From: Desulfatiglandales bacterium
Lineage (GTDB): Bacteria; Desulfobacterota; DSM-4660; Desulfatiglandales; HGW-15
Reading direction: 5' to 3'
Length of the DNA stretch: 64,000 bases
NCBI GenBank assembly: GCA_963667015.2
Contig: CAXXJJ010000004.1
Coordinates: 1,344,001 to 1,408,000, forward strand
Shown: in pieces, positions 59,724 through 64,000 of the stretch
Numbering within the stretch: the first letter of the stretch is position 1
Layout of the letters: each line of letters begins with the position of its first letter
The notes under the pieces: model-generated
Databases searched by the model: none
What the model was told of the DNA's origin: nothing
The model's input: only the letters and a program-made list of their open reading frames with translations
Program-made: the position numbers and the translations under genes

Positions 59724-61484
59724 TTAAATATTAACCCTTTTTACCTTAACAAACTTTTCGAGCTGTTCCCTGTAATGAGGATTATTATTTCTGTCGCGCA
59801 TAATAGCTTCTTCTTCTAATTTTACGGCCATTTCATTATCACCGTTTGCCCAGTAAGCCTCGGCAAGGGTATCCAGAAATTCCGGTAAACGCTCCAGCTC
59901 AACAGCTTCCTTTGCAAGCATAAAACCTCTTTTTATATCCTTGACACCCGGATCATCTGTTGTAAGAAGAATCCATGCCAGATTATTAAGCACTGTGGGC
60001 TGCTTTCTGTCCTGTGAAAGTAATTCTTCATAGATTTTAACTGCTTTATCCGGATGTTTCTCCATCTGTTCAGTAATTAAACGAGCCGACAGCTGGTTGC
60101 TGATATTTACTTTAACCGGTGTCATGTATAAAAGATATGAAAGAGAAAAAATCACTACAAGATAGAGCATAATCGAATTCAGCAGCATACGACGGTGCCG
60201 GATTATTACTCCGGGATCGCGGAAGCTCTTCTTCAGAAAATCGACACGTTGACTTATACTGAAATGATGCCAGTTTGGCACATCCCTTATCTTACCGCTC
60301 AACAGGGCGATCTTTTCAAGAGAACTTATTATCGGAGAAGGATCTCCTACTGTAAGGGCTGCAAATGTATCTGCCTGCCGTTCAAAATTCCTCATAAAAA
60401 AGCCCATAATAAAACGGAAATAGATAATAAGGGAAAGCAGCATCGGAACGGCAAAAAGAATAAAATAGAGACTGTCAGACATGAAATCGCCGGGGATCTG
60501 GAAAGCCAGATATCCCATTACAGTAAAGTAGAATTCAGGATCAAAAAATCCCAGGCTCAGAATGAAATAACCCAGGAACAACAGGGATAAAAGTACCTGA
60601 TGATAATATTTTGCATGGCCGGCTTCATGGGCCATTACAGCATTAAGCTCGGATGTATCGAGCACCTCCATGAGTGACTCAGTAATAAGGATATAACGGA
60701 ACCTTGGGATAACCCCCATGATCCCGGCTGTCATCATCTTTCCCCCGAGAAGAGGCCAGTTCACAAGCTTTCTGTACCTGAACCCCATGTCCCTGAAAAA
60801 GTTTCTGATACTCTCTGCTTTAGATGAACTCTCAATCGGCCTGCAGCCCCAGAAAAACTGGACAAGGACAGGCAAAAAGACAATAGCAATACCAAGGAAT
60901 ATTCCAAAAAATAAAATCTGCCCGGCCGGCTGATCAAGAAATGAATTAAATTTTGGCCATGGACTCAATGCAAGAAGGTCCAAACCGGATGAAAGAAACA
61001 GCCATGGCAGGACAACAGGCAGGTTAAGCCTTATATTCCATAAAATAAAAGCCTTTTTCTCTATATCTGCATTAAAGATGATTCTATAGGCAGGATGGGC
61101 AAAATACCATATGGTACTCAGATATAATATGAATACTATTATTGCAGACAATCCCTGAAAGATAAATACATTGCCTGCCAGGGGGATGCTTTCAATCAAG
61201 GCCTTCAGGTTAAATACAAAAACATCCAGACTGAAAATCAGGATAGAAACCAGGGACAGCCTGAGGACAAGACGGTTATACATGGCGGCATAACCAGAAC
61301 CCGAACCCTTTTTATACAGGCTGACGATCCGTTTAAATCCGATCCGGCAGGACAGAACAAGAATAAACCATAAAAGAAGTATCATTGAGATACTGTTGAG
61401 AAAAGGCTCGGCTTGATCCCTTTCGCTCTGTCCTGTGGTGAAGACAAGGAGAACGATAATGAAATAGATTATATTATTGAACAT
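59724..61484 (-). CDS. M48-family membrane metallopeptidase with C-terminal TPR
   Basis: HEAGH, FERQAD, multiple TMs, LNNLAW..LDTLAEAY. Confidence 0.88.
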   Translation of the reverse strand: MFNNIIYFIIVLLVFTTGQSERDQAEPFLNSISMILLLWFILVLSCRIGFKRIVSLYKKGSGSGYAAMYNRLVLRLSLVSILIFSLDVFVFNLKALIESIPLAGNVFIFQGLSAIIVFILYLSTIWYFAHPAYRIIFNADIEKKAFILWNIRLNLPVVLPWLFLSSGLDLLALSPWPKFNSFLDQPAGQILFFGIFLGIAIVFLPVLVQFFWGCRPIESSSKAESIRNFFRDMGFRYRKLVNWPLLGGKMMTAGIMGVIPRFRYILITESLMEVLDTSELNAVMAHEAGHAKYYHQVLLSLLFLGYFILSLGFFDPEFYFTVMGYLAFQIPGDFMSDSLYFILFAVPMLLSLIIYFRFIMGFFMRNFERQADTFAALTVGDPSPIISSLEKIALLSGKIRDVPNWHHFSISQRVDFLKKSFRDPGVIIRHRRMLLNSIMLYLVVIFSLSYLLYMTPVKVNISNQLSARLITEQMEKHPDKAVKIYEELLSQDRKQPTVLNNLAWILLTTDDPGVKDIKRGFMLAKEAVELERLPEFLDTLAEAYWANGDNEMAVKLEEEAIMRDRNNNPHYREQLEKFVKVKRVNI

Positions 61485-61487
61485 GCC

Positions 61488-62987
61488 CTATGATTTATTG
61501 CCATTACCTTCTTTTTTAAAATCGAGGTTTCCGCCACCGGGAGGCAGGGAATCATTGCTCTTTACCTGGATGGTAATTTTGTATCTTTTTTCCAGTTCCA
61601 CCAGCTCATTTCTTTTTTTATTCAGGATATACTCCGCTACCTCAGGCGGAAGAGTTGCTGTAACATTTGATACATTTCCCTTTACAACTCCCTTCTGTAT
61701 CCTTCTCATAAATGAGATTGCAGCCGCACCGGGTCCGATAACAATACCCCTGCCCTGGCAATGCGCACATATCTGATATGTCTTAGATTCAAGGGATGGC
61801 CGGAGTCTCTGCCTGGAAAGCTCAAGAAGGCCGAACTTGGACATGCTGGCTACATCGGTTTTCGCTCTGTCTTTTTTAAGCTCGTCACGCAGCGTTTTTT
61901 CAATGGTCCTGATGTGTTTTTTATCTTTCATATCTATAAAATCTATCACTACCAGCCCGCCAAGGTCACGCAGCCTCAGCTGTCTTGCAGCTTCCACTAC
62001 GGCTTCCTGGTTTGTACTGAAGGCCATGCTTTCCACATCTTTACTGCTTTTGGATTTGCCTGAATTAACATCTATTGAGATCAGGGCTTCTGTGGTGCCG
62101 AAAACCAGCGAGCCGCCGGACTTCAGTTTCACACGATTTACGTATATGCTCTCAATCTGTTCTTCAATCCCGTAATTGTCAAATATCGGTCGTTTTTCCT
62201 TGTACAGCTTGACCTTCCTTGAATCCCTTGGAGAAATGATCTTCATATATTCATTGATCTTGGAGTAGGTCTCCTTGTCGTCCACAATAACCTCTGAAAC
62301 CTCACTGTTGTAATAGTCTCTAAGGGTTTTGAGACAGATATCATCCTCCTTGTGTACAAGTGTATACGGCGGTATTTTGGCTATGTCCTTTTTGATATTC
62401 TTCCAGAGCCGAAGCAATCTGTTGAGATCCTTTGAAAGGTCTTTTTTATTCTGACCGGAAGCAACCGTCCTTATTATAAACCCCACTCCTTCAGGAAGCT
62501 TCATCTCCCCCATAACTGTTTTCAGGCGATTACGCTCCTCTTCACTTTCTATTTTCCTTGAAACACCGTTTGTTGTTCTCCCGGGTGTCAGGACGATATA
62601 TCTTCCTGCAAGGGAGATATAGGTACTTAAATGGGCGCCCTTTTTTCCGGGCATTTCCTTTAAAACCTCAACTAATAGTTCCTGCCCTTTTTCAATTACC
62701 TTTTCTATGGGCGGATATGGTTTATCCCTGCTGGTCTCAACGACCTCGTTGTAATATTCGGGATGGATACTGTCCAGGGGCAAAAAACCGTTTTTGTCGG
62801 AACCGAAGTTTACAAAACAGGCCTGAAGGCTGGGCTCGATACGCTCTACAACCCCCTTATAGATGTTTCCCTCCATCTGCTCGCTGCGGGAGGTGTCAAT
62901 GTGAAATCCTTCGAGCATACCGTCTGAAATAAATGCGATCCGGAGTTCTTCCTCCTCCACTGCATTAATCAACATTATTTTCTTCAT
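61488..62987 (-). CDS. rne: Rne/Rng family ribonuclease
   Basis: GNIYKG..EPSLQACFV, IDVNSG, LRLRDLGGLVVIDFIDM, CAHCQGRG. Confidence 0.93.
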   Translation of the reverse strand: MKKIMLINAVEEEELRIAFISDGMLEGFHIDTSRSEQMEGNIYKGVVERIEPSLQACFVNFGSDKNGFLPLDSIHPEYYNEVVETSRDKPYPPIEKVIEKGQELLVEVLKEMPGKKGAHLSTYISLAGRYIVLTPGRTTNGVSRKIESEEERNRLKTVMGEMKLPEGVGFIIRTVASGQNKKDLSKDLNRLLRLWKNIKKDIAKIPPYTLVHKEDDICLKTLRDYYNSEVSEVIVDDKETYSKINEYMKIISPRDSRKVKLYKEKRPIFDNYGIEEQIESIYVNRVKLKSGGSLVFGTTEALISIDVNSGKSKSSKDVESMAFSTNQEAVVEAARQLRLRDLGGLVVIDFIDMKDKKHIRTIEKTLRDELKKDRAKTDVASMSKFGLLELSRQRLRPSLESKTYQICAHCQGRGIVIGPGAAAISFMRRIQKGVVKGNVSNVTATLPPEVAEYILNKKRNELVELEKRYKITIQVKSNDSLPPGGGNLDFKKEGNGNKS

Positions 62988-63092
62988 AAATTTTCTCTTT
63001 TCTGTATTTTAAATATGACAGCTTTTTATAAAGCTGATTACTTTGCTAATTTTAAAGTTATTGATAATCCTAAAGCAGATTAAATGTCAACA

Positions 63093-63728
63093 TTACATAC
63101 GCCCGGGACTAATATGATACTGTTTATGGGCAGATAAAAGCAATTCTCTTATTGTGCTGACAAATTTATAAAAAGCTTCAGTTCTTTTAGCAGCTGAGAA
63201 ACAATTATTGCAATCAAACATTTTTTGCCTCAGCCCCATGGATATTTCCAGTTGAATGCCTTTTCCACACCTGCATCTGTTGCAGATATTGTGATCACAT
63301 TTACCTCTTAACCTGGTTTCTTGACTGGTTTTAATATTAAAACCAGCGCCTGCAAGTCTTTCCGATATTGCATGCCTTAGTTCCAGGTTTTTCCCGCCTG
63401 CATAAATAATATCATCTCTGTCCCTGCATCCGTGGAGAGTTATTGCAGTAACAGCCTTACCCGCCATTTCAAGGGCGGCAGGTTCGTCAAAACTTGTACT
63501 GCTTAAATGGAGAACACTGTTTCCCCTGCTTTTGATGCCCGAAAATGAATAGAACAAAAAATCCTTTCCGGCTATCTCATCAGCCAGGTCTGTTGTTCCC
63601 GGCTCAATACCTCCACCATGAGGAGCCATTACGGCTATCTCCGAATCTACATATCTGTACTGGATAATATAGTCTTTTCCTTTCTCCTCATGCTTTTTCA
63701 GTTCAGAAAATTTTTTATATTTATCCAT
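63093..63728 (-). CDS. Poly-gamma-glutamate hydrolase family protein (PghP/YmaC-like)
   Basis: APHGGGIEPGT, HLSSTSFDEP, TLHG, NICN, GIQLEIS. Confidence 0.88.
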   Translation of the reverse strand: MDKYKKFSELKKHEEKGKDYIIQYRYVDSEIAVMAPHGGGIEPGTTDLADEIAGKDFLFYSFSGIKSRGNSVLHLSSTSFDEPAALEMAGKAVTAITLHGCRDRDDIIYAGGKNLELRHAISERLAGAGFNIKTSQETRLRGKCDHNICNRCRCGKGIQLEISMGLRQKMFDCNNCFSAAKRTEAFYKFVSTIRELLLSAHKQYHISPGRM

Positions 63729-63755
63729 ATGGCTTAAATAAAACCGGACAGCCTG

Positions 63756-64000
63756 CTATTTTCTGTTGATTACGCTTGCAGCATACCCTGCCCCAAAACC
63801 GTTATCAATGTTGACTACAGTTACTCCTGAAGCACATGAATTTAGCATACCCAGCAGTGCGGCTATACCTCCAAAACTGGCGCCATAGCCAACACTTGTG
63901 GGAACAGCTATTACCGGTTTGTCAACCAGCCCACCCACAACACTCGGAAGAGCGCCTTCCATACCTGCGACTACAATTAATACTTCTGCCTTTTCAAGGG
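63756..64000 (-). CDS. larB: Nickel-pincer cofactor biosynthesis protein LarB (C-terminal part; continues beyond the window)
   Basis: [36 protein letters not shown]. Confidence 0.9.
   Translation of the reverse strand, partial: LEKAEVLIVVAGMEGALPSVVGGLVDKPVIAVPTSVGYGASFGGIAALLGMLNSCASGVTVVNIDNGFGAGYAASVINRK

Overview
Bacterial chromosomal window, most likely from a Desulfobacterota (deltaproteobacterial) genome; this is inferred from the rnj-ftsK-lolA order, DUF3786/DUF3795-type Fe-S/Cys proteins and hybrid kinases, not from a search. 1-4.6 kb: AT-rich minus-strand integron cassette array with seven attC sites read directly from the sequence. It has six gene cassettes, the start of a seventh, and a first-position cassette that is essentially a bare attC, next to an attI-like site, but no integrase gene. 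4.9-28.9 kb: accessory region with transporters, a PocR hybrid kinase, a MITE-like element abutting an intact IS630, and 198-bp direct repeats carrying IS91-type transposase remnants. The repeats bracket a ~9 kb block containing an unusual CDF-HflK fusion/HflC/HflK operon. 29-64 kb: mostly core genes (lhr, lolA, ftsK, rnj, ssb, tatA, sucCD, purM, rne/rng, larB) plus an AsnB-like amidotransferase / glutamate-cysteine ligase / glutaredoxin cluster, a rhomboid-DnaJ_C fusion, a pair of cyclase-family hydrolases and a porin/periplasmic pair. Best candidates for undescribed systems: the CDF-SPFH operon, the amidotransferase-GCS2-Grx cluster, and the integrase-less array with its minimal cassette and unknown cassette proteins. 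No rRNA, tRNA or CRISPR array seen. Family assignments come from motif recognition by eye; several split genes could be assembly errors.
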